Below, piece after piece: positions 25,670 through 38,995 of a stretch of DNA of 64,000 bases (position 1 is the stretch's first letter; the number at the start of each line of letters is the position of its first letter). The stretch comes from Lama guanicoe (Eukaryota): assembly GCA_013239625.1 (NCBI GenBank), contig MU057340.1, forward strand, positions 7,768,931-7,832,930, in the 5' to 3' direction. The notes under the pieces are model-generated. The model was not told the DNA's origin. It did not search any database and was given only the letters and a program-made list of their open reading frames with translations. Both the position numbers and the translations under genes were made by a program.

Positions 25670-27836
25670 TACATCATGTGATCTGTTTGTTTTCTTACTT
25701 TCTTTTTGATATTTCTCTTGTTGAGAAGGCTCATTTTTCTCATTGCCTTTTGATAAATATCTTTATGCAATACCTTTAATTCCCTTTTTATTAGATACTG
25801 TCCATTAGTTTCCTACTGCAAACAATATTGAAGTAAACCAAAAATGTCTTATTCCCTCTTTTTTTCCCACTCCAGCAAATTTCTACTCCCACTTAATATC
25901 TATAAAGACAATTAACAGGCTTATTTTAGTTTCTGTGTACTTCTCTCCATTTTTCTCATTTCAAAGATAATTTATTAGTTTTATAAATTTGTAATTTTAA
26001 TAATTGTTATGGATCAGTTTCAAATATATTAGCAATCAACTGTCATCTTAAAAACTGTGCTACCTATAGTCAAATATATGGGTTACGTATAAGTACAATG
26101 TCAATCACCTTCAACTGAAAAGCGTCTCTCTTTAAAAACAGAATAAAGACTCACTTTCCAGGTAAGCGATCCCTGCATATGTTTGATGGAAGAAAAAAAG
26201 ACAAAATATTTATAAATATGAATTTGCCTCTGAACAAGAGTTACTCCAAATTCGAATCACTCACTGCTGGTCACAGTTGCCTTCTCTGTACCTCCCTTGT
26301 CTTCTCATCACATCCCTGTAGGGTCAGGGTTAGGGCAGGGGAGTAACCTAGGCCTAGGGAGCGCCCGTGGGTGGCCCTCGTGGTCTGTAGGGATATGTGT
26401 GCCCAAATCACGCAGCTCTAGGGACAATCTTCCCGAGAGGCTTCAGAGTATGTTCTCATTCCCCACCCTCTGTGTTCTCTGTGTTCCATTTTGGCTGGTG
26501 TAAGCAATCCTCAATCTTAACGGAAAGTCTCGCCTGCAGGTTTTATTTGTCTATTGGGTATTCTGACCTCCTCTTCTTTTCCAGCAAGCCATTAAGACAT
26601 CCTTCTCCTTTCCCGCCTCCCCATTTGGGTTGCCTCCAATGTGAGACAGAATGAGGTGGGTAAGTCTCATTATCGACTCCTCCTTTCTGAGCAGCTCTGG
26701 CTTAATAAGTTCTTCCGTGAACTGAGGGGAGGAGCCTTCCGTCTGGCCCACAGTATCACCTGGCCTCAAGCTCCGGGATGATACAAATCCCGCTCTACCG
26801 TGGAGAGCACAAATGTTCAGGGTTTAACATCTCTAAGGTCCCTTCTCCCTGACTGTTCACCCACTTAAGGTTACTCCTCTCCCCACAGCTTTCTCCTTCT
26901 GTTCTCTCCCCAGCCTTTCTGCCTTCCTCCTGTCTTGCTAATTTCTGTGTCTGTTTGTTCCCTCTCCCATTAATGGCCTAGACAAATTATCAATGACGTT
27001 TTAGGCATCCTCCTACCAATAATTTTTCATGCTCTACATCAAATGCTTCCAATTGCTCAGAATTAAGGGCAGAGCATTGGAAAAGGTGCAAAGCCTGGAT
27101 TTAAGGCTGGCTCGGTCGCAAAACAGCTGGGAAGTCTGGATAGATGTTTACTAAATCTGTTTTACAGAGAGTTGCACTACAACCATGCCTTAAGACTGGA
27201 CCTGTCTGAAAATTTTTAAAATCCCACAAGACTTGAACTAAGTATACATTAGATAGAGTCATTTTTGGAGAAAGAACACACTTTTCAAGGAAGAAGGGCA
27301 GCATGTTAGCTGCTTCTGTAACGTCCCTGAAAGGCTATCACCAGACACAAGCCCCGGGTTTCCTCACCCCTCCCTTCTGGCTCTAGCAAGCACCCTCCCA
27401 CCCCTTGTCCCACAGTGGGACTATTTGGGAAGCCTCTTTTCCTCTCGGACTCATTTTAAATTACATTCTGGCAGCAGTTAGATAAATTCTATCTGTCTTC
27501 TGAGCCCCAGCCCCCCCCCCCAAGAGAGAGGTACTTATAATTGAAGAAAGAACAGAAACCAAAACTCGACCCAGGCAGTTTGGGTTTATGTACTTTGTCA
27601 ATTTACCTGGGTGATTCCCCAGAGGACCAGGAGGATAAAGTTACCTAGGAGTGAAAAGTAAGAAGGAGAGGTCCTTACAATGGGGGCTCTGCTTTACATG
27701 AAGTAAAAACGAACAGGCAACCTTCAACTCGAGTGCCTTTATACACGAAAGGTCAAGTTAAATAACTTGAAATCCATGTCTAGCCATCACATAAACATCC
27801 AGCCTGGAGTCAATGGTGCATAGTTGCTTTGTACCA

Positions 27837-27934
27837 GGCAAAAGCATAGTTAGTTAGACTTGTGCTAACGACGCCCGGGCTCTGGCTGTGATTTCCACAC
27901 AGGCCAGGCTTTGCCGTGGCCGCAGACTTTATAC
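27837..27934 (+). mobile_element. Degenerate tRNA-Ile-derived SINE (MamSINE1-like)
   Basis: agcatagttagttagac/gtgctaacgacgcc/gatttccacacaggcca aligns to tRNA-Ile(AAT) AGCTCAGTTGGTTAGAG/GTGCTAATAACGCC/GATCCCCGTACGGGCCA, followed by the tail gctttgccgtggccgcagact. Confidence 0.65.
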
Positions 27935-30900
27935 AAGGACTACTTTTCCCTAAAGATCCACGATCAGCCTTCAGTGTTCTCATTTGAGGGCTTATCTGGT
28001 CTCGTACCTATAATTACTACCCCAACGTGAACAGCCTACCAACTCTATACTTTCCATCTTTTGCTCTCTTTGGATCACCGGTTTTGAGTCCCAGATGAGG
28101 TGCCCACCCCATTTCTGCTGTCTCAATTACCCAAGCACACAACCCCCACCAATGCCGAAAACTGCTTTTCCCTCTCAACACTCTTATCTTTGTAAATGGT
28201 GCTTTAAAGGAGGAGGCTATCCTCATATCAAGATGACTTATTTAGTAAGAAGCAGCTCTGAATATTCCAATGTTGCAAAAGAATTGAGCCATCTTCAGTA
28301 GTGGCCAAAAGCTAAGTATCTTTCATTCTCTGTAGTCTTTGGCAGCATGGAAGTCACTCCTATGTTATAGCCACGGTGATTTTGGACAGGTAGAATGGAC
28401 GGTGGAGATCACCTGGGGATTCTGATCCTGCCTCTCCCTGGCTTCTTCATTCTATCTATGCAGTTTTATGCATTTCTTTTGAAAAGTAAAAAAAAAAAAA
28501 TCAAAATTTATTCTGTAATCCTGAATTCAGAATTCTTAGACATCTGGATGAATTTCATATCCCAAGAAGAAATGTCACTATTGGAATTGCTGTGCTTTCC
28601 AGAGTAACTTCACCATTCGGTTCCCACAAAGTTAGTGCTCAGAGTTCAATGATGTGTATGAAATTTTTAAATAGTAATGCATTTTTACTCTACCCCAACC
28701 TAGAGACTTTCCTGTAATGTGCACTTTCCAGAGGACTGTCCCACTTTTCTGTCCTTTGAATGAGGAAAAGTTGTAAGTATTCATAAATTTGACTTTAAAA
28801 ACCTCTGAGACTCAAATGCCAACCATCTCCCCTTTCAAATGTAGCTAACAGCATTAGAAGCCACTTACTGGCTATACACTAAACTCCTACAAAATGTGAG
28901 GCACAGATTTTCAGAGAAGGCTTGCTTTTGAAATTCCACAAGGTCCACTAGGGTCAGTAAAGGCCAGAGAACTCAAAGCTGAGGCTCCCTTAAGAGAATT
29001 CTTGCTTTTTCCATCTGTTCATTCTTTTATTTATTCTTGCAGCAAGTTTTTATCGAGCATCTACTACAAAATCACTGTTTGATATTCTATGGGGCCACAA
29101 AAAATAAGGAACACAGTTCCTGCACTGAAGGAGCTCATACAGTCAGAGGGAAAGGACTCATAACCTGCAAAACAGCAACAAAATGACTTACAGTTGACTT
29201 CTACCTTGAGTGTGTGGAAGTCAGGAAACATTGGAATGGCAGATTCCAAACGTGGAAAGTATCAGCCAGTCTGGAATTCAATACCCAGCGAACATATTCA
29301 AATTTGCTGGTGAAACTAATGTGGTTACTGTCATACATAGAGATAACTTGTTGCTAACAATTCTGCACTAAAATTTGGCTGAAGACAATATCTCAGTTGA
29401 AAGTAAGGAATTGTAGAAAGAATAAAGGAATAATGGGAAGTTCTTATGTGACTAAAATATGCGGAGAATTCAAGTACATACATTCAATAGGACAAAATGT
29501 GGGAGAGGAATAAATAGAGATAACAAATATTTTAATTTAAATAATTCCTTTAACATACTTAATCTTTTTGATAATTATATGCATTGCACACCAAACCTAT
29601 AGAATACAAATTCTTTTCAAGTGCAAAACAAGATTTGTCAAATTGACCACATTATAAACAATAAAATAGTTCTCAACAAATTTCAAATGACTGAAATAAT
29701 AATGTCTTCTCTGACCTTATGGATTTAAGCTTGAAATCCATTTTCAAAAAGCACTAGAAAATAGTCAGATGTCTCAAAATTAATAAATACACTTCTGAAT
29801 AATGCATGGACCAAAGAAGTAATTGTAATTGGCAGTAGAGATTATTTTGAACTGAATGATAATAAATATATAATATACATAAACCTTCAGATATAGCTAA
29901 AGCCATATGTAGAAGAAATATTTTAGTTATAAATGACTCTATTAGAAAAGAAGGCCAAAAATAAGTGCTCAAAGTATCCATCTCCAGAAACTAGGGAAAA
30001 AAAATTAAACCCAAAGAAAATGGAAGGAAGAAAGTAATAAAGAACAGATATTAATGAAATGGAAAATAAGTGTACAGTAAAGAAAATAAGTACAGCCAAA
30101 TTCTTTGGAAAGTTTAATAAACTATGAAATCCCTAAAGTACTGGACCAGATAAAAAGAGAAAAGCCACAAATTATCAGTATCAGGAAAAAAGAAGATTTC
30201 ACTACAGAGCCTAAACATACTTAGAAGAAAATATTATCAACAACTGTATGCCAATAAATCTGACAACAAAGATAAAACTAACACATTCCCTGGAAAATAC
30301 AGTTTACAAAAACTGAAGCACAGAAAGTATAAATAATTCCATTTCTGTCAATGAAATTGAATCCATTACTAAGCATGCAATGTAACAAAACTCCATGCTC
30401 ACATAAATTCACTTTTTCCTAACACTGAAGGAAGAAATAAAGACAATCGCACAAAAACTGTTTTAAAAAAACAGAAAAAGAGAACACTCTTAACTGGTAT
30501 TATGAGGCCAGTGTAATCTAGGTTTCAGAAGCTTGCCCAGAACATTGTAAGAAAGGAAAGTTGCAATCCAATCTCTTTCATGAACATAGATACACAAATT
30601 CACAACAAAATATTAGCGAATCAAATCCAGGAAATAGAAGAGGATAACATGGCATGAGCAAACTGAGTTTATTCTGGGAATGCAATACTTATTTAACATT
30701 AAAGAATTAATCAGTATGTTTAACACATAAATGAAATAATGTTGGAAAACTATGTCACCAACTCTAATTACAGAAAAATTTACATAATTAAAAATTGTAT
30801 CGAATTTAACGTCGGTTCACAAAAATTGTCCTAGCAAACCAGGAATAGACAGGTCCTATCCAAATCTAATTAATGGATTTCTTACAAAAACATTTCAGCT

Positions 30901-31059
30901 CACATTATAATTAATGCTGAAATATTTAAAGTTTTCCTATTGAGAAACAGTAGTAAATACACACATGTACATACACACACACACACACCACACACACATA
31001 TATGCTATGACACTCCTATTAACATTGTCCTGAAAGTCCTAGGCAGAGCAAGAAAGCAA

Positions 31060-31066
31060 TACATAC

Positions 31067-31128
<62 letters not shown>
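31060..31128. repeat. (TACATA)n microsatellite
   Basis: Tandem tacata units. Confidence 0.95.
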
Positions 31129-31139
31129 TATTAGAATGT

Positions 31140-31583
31140 TGTGTTAGTTTTTGTGACTGCTGTAACAAATTTCTACAAACCTAGTGGCTTAAACAACAGA
31201 AATTTATCCTCTTTACAGGTTTGGAGACTAGAAGTCCAAAATTGGAGGGGTTCCTGCTCCCTCTGGGGACTCCAGGGAAGAATCCATCTTTGTCTTTTCC
31301 AGCTTCTGGTGGTTGACCTGGTATTCCTGGATTTGTGGCTTCATCACTCCAGTCTCTGCTTCCACGTTTGCATCAATTTCCTCTCTGTGTGTCTGCTATC
31401 CCTCTTTCCTTCTCTCTTATAAGTACACTTATGATGACATTTAGGGCCCAGGACAATCCCCAAAGCTCAAAATCCTTAATTTACTTATATCTGCAAAGAG
31501 CCTTTTTCCAAACAAAGTAATGTTTACACGTTTCAGGAATTAAGACTTGATGTTTTTGGATAGTTATCATTCAATCTACCACA
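31140..31583 (-). mobile_element. MaLR solo LTR (MLT1B/C-like) nested in L1
   Basis: ctgctgtaacaaatttctacaaacctagtggcttaaacaacagaaattt..atctgcaaagagcctttttccaaacaaagt..ttcaatctaccaca. Confidence 0.88.
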
Positions 31584-34149
31584 GATAGAAAACGAATAAG
31601 TAATATTGCAGACAACATGATGATATAAATCATAAACTAAAAGAATCTACAGGTAAACTATAAGATAAGTGAATTTACTAAGGTTGTTCACTATAATTAA
31701 TTGCATTTGACATACAATCAACAAACAACTAGAAAATAAAATTTTAAAAGACGCCATAAGCAATAGCATAGAAATCCAACAAATACCTAGAAATAAATCA
31801 AACAAACTATGCATAACACCTCTGCTGTAATAACTACCATTGCTGAGGGAAGTTGGAGAAGATCCAGATAACTAGAAAGATATATCATGTCTCATAGATT
31901 GAAATATTCAGTATTGTAAAGATGTCAGATCTCCCTAAATTGATCAATAGATTCAAGGCATTCTAAATCAAAATTTTCATTGTTTTTTAAGATGGAAATT
32001 GACAAGCTGATACTAAACTGTGTATGGGAATATAAAGGGCTAATAATAATCAAGATAAACTTGAAGAAAAGCAACAAAGATGTAGTTCTTATAGTATCAG
32101 ATGTCAAGGCTTAAGATAAAACTCTAGTAATTAAGATTCTGGCATGTAAGACATAGTAGCATTCTCATGGAAAAAAAATTGAAAATCTAGAAAGACACCA
32201 ACAGTAACTTTCCTTAACACTTTCATCTCCCAAAATCCACCTCTAATTGCCCCAGTCTCTCATATTCTCTTCCTCCTTCCTGACCCACTTCCCTTTAGCA
32301 TAGACATTTTTACTAGAGAGTTGTCTGTACAGCAATCTTAAACTCCTACTACCATCATCTTCCGGAGGGAAAGAAACAAACCTAGCACCTCTTCATATAT
32401 TAATAAATGCTAGCTGTCTCTAACTGCAAAGAGAGAAGGCCTAGCAGAGAAACTTCTAGATGATCTGACTCATCTTATTGAAGAGCAAACTTCAATTCTG
32501 AGAGATGAAGAGACTTGCTAGAGTAACCTATGAAGTTAATGCAGGAACCAAACCTAGAGTCTAGGTAAGACAAGTTCTAAGCTGACAGGGAATTCTAACA
32601 TGTCTGACTCACTGCGAAAAATGCAAACACGTTCTAACCATATATGTAAGTAAATATAGACCTCTGCTCTTCGTGTATTTCTTGTAGTGTTGTAACTTTT
32701 TCTATATGAAGACCCAGCAGGTCTTCTCAGAATGGATTTTCATGTGTAGAGTCAATGCTCCAGGGAAGGAGTGAGCTGGAGAGGGAGGCAGGAGAGAGCA
32801 GCTTCAGCATGTCTCAGCCCTCCCTGTTCTATTTGGTCTAAGCCCTGAGCAGGGCAGACATCCTGACAGGCACCCCCAGGAGCGCTCTCAGGGTGGCAGG
32901 ATGAGGAACAGCAAGGCAGCGCCCACTACAGGAGACAGGCCAGAGGAGAAGGAGGTCCCAGCAGGTGGCTACAGGCTGAATAAAGGGGAATTCCATCTTG
33001 TGAGCCACACTCTGAGTTCTGAATTGATTTCCCCTTTGAAATCCTACTACCTGTGAAGTTCATTTTAGCTCCACACAGGGTGTCTTAGAGGTCGGGTCAT
33101 AATCCTGCCCTAGGAAAACAGTGTCAGCAGACAGTGGTCCCTCCCCTCCCCAGAGGTCAGTGCTATGGGGCTGAGAGAGCTCCAAGGGGAGGAAGAAGGT
33201 TGGAGAGCAAAAGCAACAAACGTAGTGGCCTGCTGACCCATCCCAACCAGAAATGCTCTCTCTAATGCACACTTGGATGATTAAAGATTTGTTTCATTAA
33301 GGAAGTTACTGTATCTTTACATTCCCAGCCTTCTATTTCCTTTGGCATGTGAACCATTGCACTCCGGGGAACCTGACCTTACTTCTTCACAACTGGCCGC
33401 ACATCAGAGAAGTGGTCTCTTTAACACACGAGAGATTAGCTCACAAACAGGCAATCCACTTTCTCATGACCCACAAGCCAACTTCAAAATTAGTCAAGAA
33501 GTCTCTCTCTTTCTCTCTCTCAGCCCTCCTTAATGCTCTGCTACGTCTGAGACAAAGAAATGTGGGGTTGGTGGGGGTGGTGGTTGTAGAAAGTATGGTG
33601 AGAAAATTTCACCACACCAAACCATCTCAAGCCCCCTTTTTTATAGCTGTTGTGGAAAATGGAGGAAGTGTTTAAGCTTTTGGCCCACGGGTTTTAACAA
33701 ATAATTATAAAATAAGAGAAATACGCATTTCATGCATGAAGCATTTTGAGACACTAGAGAGTGAATTTCACAAAAGCCCTTGCTTAGGTCAGAACACTGG
33801 CTGGCATTCATCACTTACTGTAAACCTTGACTTTGGTGCCTGAATTCCTGGGGAACACGCGTCTGCGTCCGGCAGCTCCTGCCAGCTTTCACAGTTCATA
33901 GCCCTCTAGGATCACGGTTCCACATTCTGGGAGAATGGGTCGTTCAGACAGACTCTCATCCTCCTAGGTAAAAGCCCGTGGTGAAAATGGCCAAGAAATA
34001 TGCTGAAGCTGAATCTCTTCCCTCAGTGGGTTCCTTTCTCTTTTCCTTTTGAAAGAATTACACAAAAAATTTTTAAGATCTTTTGAGGAATCACAGGCTT
34101 TGGGAAAAGAAGATGGATATCACTTTGTTTACTGAAAAAGTGTCCAGTA

Positions 34150-34360
34150 AGACAGCATGGCCAAGGGGACAAGCTCTAGGGCTAGCCTGCCCAGATTTAC
34201 TTCTCATGTCTGTTACTTACCAGCTGTGTGTGCTTGGGCAAAAATGTAATTTATCCGTGCTTCGAAATCATCATATGTGATAAAATAGGGATCATAACAC
34301 ATCTTAGCCTCATAGAATTGTTCTATGTAAAAGAACACATTGCTGGTGAGTACATATTGG
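34150..34360 (+). mobile_element. MIR SINE
   Basis: acttaccagctgtgtgtgcttgggcaaa..aaaatagggatcataa..cctcatagaattgtt. Confidence 0.75.
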
Positions 34361-35739
34361 CCAGGTGCATTAAAAACTGAGAATTTCTCAGCATCCTTGT
34401 GGGCAACTGCCTTTTATTTGTACTTTTAAGAATAAAATTTGTCATATCTTTTCCATCACATCTTAAAAACAATTTGGAAAGCACACAAAAGTAAAATAGA
34501 GAAGAAAAAGCATTCTTGTTGTCTTACTCCAGGGGAAACATTAATTAAATTTTGGTACGTTTCCTTCTGGTCTTTTTTTTTTTCTGACATAGGTAAAAGG
34601 AAAAAAAATTATACACATAGATGTGAATTTGCAACTAACACCAATCCAGAAGAAGACGCCTTGTAAACCTAAGTGTACTGGGCCCGGTCTCGTTTTCCCT
34701 GTTGCGTTGTCCAGAGCGGTCTTCGTGGTTATTCTGTAAAGAAACTGCTTCTCCAGATGAGGGCAAGAGCCCCAAGGAGGAGAAATTACACAGTTTATTC
34801 ATTTTATAACTCTCTCATTTTTTACAAACACAGGTCTAGGTCTAGGTCTATGATAGATTCTCGATAAACATTTGTAGAAGAAGATTGAGAAGCCATGGGG
34901 TTATTTATTGTTATGACAGTAATATTGAAAACCTTGGAAAACTAGCTAGGGCAGGATGGGAAAAAAAAACTTGTTTGCTAAAATAGCTGACATTTCTCAG
35001 AAGTTACAGTTACTGTTAATGTATTTTTAAAAATTCTAAGTTCTCTGGCATACGTTTTAAGGGGAAACGTTGGTCCTATGAAGGATAACATTGAATCTTC
35101 AGAGCTGGTTTGGAGATTGTCACAGAGAAGCAGAGATCTGTGAATATTCTGGACCAAGAATGGATGCTCCTTAACCTTTTTAAGAGCCCAGCTTGGGGAG
35201 GATCACAGACGGTGGGATGACAGAGGAAGGACACAGCCACGCTCTTGGCCCCATCAGGAGGTCGTGGTTGGCATAATCTGATTGCTCTCATCCTAGGTAT
35301 TCTTGTAGGGGTGACGCTCACACAGAAGTGTTTGTCTTTGAGGTTTACCTCTTCATCTTCTTATGAGTGACTACACCTACCACTACATACATGGACCTTG
35401 CGATATACTTCTGCCTTGTCCAGAGTTGATTTCGGGAGACCAACCTCAGTCTATCATATACATCTTAGCAGAAATGAATCTCTGTGCTCCTTCTCTCGGG
35501 TGGATTAATTTTTAAGCCTCATCTGTCACTGTGAAAAAGGTTTTTCTGTCTCCTACAAGCCAACAGGGAAGGGAAGAATTTATAGAGCATTAGATCCATC
35601 CCACGTCCTAGAGTTGTACCGTAAAGATGGTCAGTGCATTATACCTGTCTTTGTTCTTAATTTCTCCAACGTTCCTGGAACCCTCCTCCTCCTAACCCTT
35701 ACTTCAGCATCCTTTCTACCTTTCGTGAACCATAGAACC

Positions 35740-35910
35740 ATAGATTTTCTCATTGGCTCTTCACAATAGCTAGTACAGCTGGTAAGGAAGACTTGTCATT
35801 TCCATTTCACAGATGAAGAAATTAAGATTTAGAAAGAAGGACTGTGAGAGCAAAGGTGCTGACGGTTTAGTGACAAAGCCAAGGGTAGAATCCAAGTGCT
35901 CTGACTTAAG
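35740..35910 (-). mobile_element. MIR SINE
   Basis: tccatttcacagatgaagaaattaagatttaga. Confidence 0.7.
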
Positions 35911-36740
35911 TCAGAACATTTTCCTCATCAGTACACCACTACGGTGAGGTCGTGCCTGAAGTCAGGACCAGTAGCCCTTCCTCAGGGTTGGGTCTTCCTT
36001 GCCATTTCTTCAAGTAAGGCTTTGGCGGAAGAGGTTACTTGACTCCAGTGAGATGCCCCCACCCCCACAGTCCTGCCCACAGGTTAGAAAAGAGGTACTG
36101 GGTAGGTCAGGTAGCCAAGGCTGATGGTCTTTGGCCTCTGCCATCAGTGTTCCTAAAGCAGTCTAGAACTTTCTAGTGTGGCTGGATATCTTTTCCTAAA
36201 CACTTCAGAGAGAAAAGCCCTTGTCTATGTAAGCTAACTCTCTCCCTAGTAACTCCCAAGTCCAAATGGACTCTTTCTGTAGTCTCTATTTACTGTTTAT
36301 TCATTTGTATTTATCTGTGGTCTCCAGGATATCAGTGCTATGGTTGCTTACTGTGAGATAGAAGCTATGGAGAGAGTATATTACAGGGATGGGATGCATG
36401 TTAATATGGGAGTGGGGTGGTTACTTGTCCCATTCTGTCAGCTCTGTAGCAAAACCCACTATACTTTCTTTCCATTCAACATTAGAGTTTGGCCAGTGTA
36501 GGAGACCTTTAGTGCTTACAAGCCCCCTCAACCAGCATCAGAATTAGCCTGAAAAGTCTGAAAATGTTGCTATGCAGTGAAACCCAATGTAGTTTTTCTA
36601 TGAGGGGCTGTTCACATGAAACAGTTATGACATATAATTGTTATAGATAAGGTTTACTAAGTGTTTACTATGTGCTTCAGTGATTTACATGTATGCATTA
36701 GTCAGTAGAAGCAGGGATATGCTGCAATAACAGAATTACT

Positions 36741-37175
36741 TTGCATATCAGTTTCCTATTCTGTCATTTAAAACTACCACAATTTTAGTGGCTTACAATG
36801 CAAATTTATTATCTTACAGTTTTGCAGGTCCGAAATCTGATCCAGGTCTCACTGGACTGAAATTGAGGTGTTGGCAGAACTGTGTTCCTTTTGGAAGGCT
36901 CTAAGGAAGAATCCATTTCCTCATATGTTGTTTGTAATATCTAGTTCCTTGTGGTTGTAGGACTCAGGCTCCTTTTTTTCTAGCTGACTGTGAAGGAGGA
37001 CCCAATTCCCGGCTTCTAGAGGCTGATGCCTTCCTTAGCTCATGGTTCCCTTGGTTCATCTTCAAAGGGCCAAGGACATGTTGAGTCTTTCTCCCTCTGC
37101 ATCAATCTGACCACCTGAGAAAAGTTCTCTGGATTTAATGACATGTGATTAGACTGGATTCCCCCAGATAACCCA
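36741..37175 (-). mobile_element. MaLR LTR (MLT1D/E-like)
   Basis: taccacaattttagtggctt..ggtctcactggactgaaattgaggtgttggcag..gttccttgtggttgtaggact..atgtgattagactgg. Confidence 0.85.
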
Positions 37176-37189
37176 GAAGACACAATTGG

Positions 37190-37620
37190 CCCTGGTTGAA
37201 AACCACTGCATAAAGCAAAGGCAAGTGGCCAAAAAACAGAACCCTGACATCCACCAACATTTAAAACAAAGGTAGCAAACGAGGAATCAGTGTGAACAAT
37301 CAAGGGAGGAGAGCTCAAAGAAAAAGCGCGTGGAAAAGTCAACCTCTCTAGAGAGGTTACAGAAGAGATGGAAAGAAAAAAAAATATATACCTTTAAATT
37401 TGGTGCTGGGAGAGTCCTTGGTGACCTCACTCACAGACCTAGTGGGGGCAGGAGCCCGGAGGTGAAGAATAACTGAAATGCACGGAAGTAGAGTTAGTGA
37501 AAGTAAACTCTCCTTTCCATAAACGTGAGTAAGAAATGGAGGTGTGAAAAGCAGAGTCATCGAAGGGCTTGGGTATCAAGGGAGTGTCTTCTCAAGAGTG
37601 AAACTTCTTGTGTCATGCTC
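37190..37620 (-). mobile_element. L2 body fragment
   Basis: acagaaccctgacatccaccaacatttaa..ccttggtgacctc..aaactctcctttcc. Confidence 0.6.
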
Positions 37621-38831
37621 CCTGAAGGGTACTGTTTTTTGAAACGCCACACTGGATTTATGAAAAAGGCTCAATAAATATAGATTGGTTGAAACAGAGA
37701 CTTGTTTTGTCACCCTTTCTTGGACTGTGATTATTTTAAAACAACTCCAGGAGGAAAGCAATGTTTAACACAAAGAGATGAATCATAAGTGGCAGAATTT
37801 CAGACATGAGTCAGAGATGTTTTGGGCGTAGCCTTGCCCCGTGTCCTCTAACCATACCACCTACTCACCTCACATTTCCCATATGAACCGAGTGTACCTT
37901 TTTTGCTGCCAACCAGACTTTGTTCCCTAAGTCAAGCCATGGGTAATTATTTCACCCTTGACTAATTGACGATGACAAATAGCTCCTAAATTGGGTAGAT
38001 AAGGAGAGCAAATTTGGTGTCCTTGTCTTTCCCGGACTCTTTAGGCTGAGAGAGATTGGAATGTTCCCCTGGATTAAGTTGCACAAAATTATACTGTCAG
38101 TCTTAAGGATTTCTGCTTGAGCTAATGAGATGCAAATAGTGACAAGGCAAAGAAAACAGCCCGACTGAAAACCTCATAACTTATAACATTGTCCTAAGGG
38201 CGGCAGCAGAGTACATAAAAGGAGAAGGGGAAAAAATAGAACCAACGGCATGGCTTTTGAGTGACGAGTTTTGGTTTGTCTACAGTTTATGGGCATATTC
38301 TCAGCCTTCAAAGATAAGTGAGAAGAAATTCCAAGAAAGAAAATTTCTTCTTTGAAGATGGAGAATTGTTTTGTAAAGCCACAAGCAAAGGCAAAGCCAA
38401 TTTTCATTTGGTTTTGACCATAGCTCACGTCTCCTCCCCTCAAAGAGCTAATAACTAGAAATAGTGGTTTTTTTTTTTCAAGTTGGTAATCAATAATCAT
38501 TTACACCAAGAACCATCCCAGATCATAGCCTCCAGGAAGCCAGGACTTCCTTAGGCTTCACTCATGGCTGTCCTTTATGTCACTTAGCCTGACACCTGGC
38601 AGTTGCTTGATTTATGCTCATTGAACTAAAATGGAATGATGTTTTGAACTGATGTAGGTTAAAGTAAGATTCTGAATGTCCAATTTGATTTTAAGTAAAA
38701 ACTCAGAAAAGTTGCCTAGCATCTGGGGACACCATTGGCTTTGAAGAGAACGGCTATTAGGTAAGCCCCAACTTTTGATGTATTGCTAAACAGCCAGCTT
38801 GATCAGAATGCCTTTCTTGAAGCCCCCATGA

Positions 38832-38995
38832 NNNNNNNNNNNNNNNNNNNNNNNNNNNNNNNNNNNNNNNNNNNNNNNNNNNNNNNNNNNNNNNNNNNNN
38901 NNNNNNNNNNNNNNNNNNNNNNNNNNNNNNNNNNNNNNNNNNNNNNNNNNNNNNNNNNNNNNNNNNNNNNNNNNNNNNNNNNNNNNNNNNNNNNN
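38832..38995. other. Assembly gap (164 N)
   Basis: Run of N. Confidence 0.97.

Larger units (their letters stand above)
29200..32190 (+). mobile_element. Old L1M ORF2 region (degenerate), interrupted by an MLT1 LTR and microsatellites
   Basis: A-rich sense strand with L1 motifs: gaatacaaattcttttcaagtgca, tatgaggccagtgtaatc, atgaacatagatacacaaatt, aaatacctagaaataaat, gaaattgacaagctgat. Confidence 0.88.

Noticed and set aside
27837-27906. Functional tRNA-Ile gene
   Set aside because: Degenerate B box, altered anticodon loop and broken stems; treated as a SINE relic.
30940-31134. ORF with HT/YT dipeptide repeats
   Set aside because: Translation of (CA)n and (TACATA)n microsatellites inside an old L1.
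34832-34849. (AGGTCT)3 resembling nuclear-receptor half-sites
   Set aside because: Non-consensus half-site, better explained as a simple tandem repeat.
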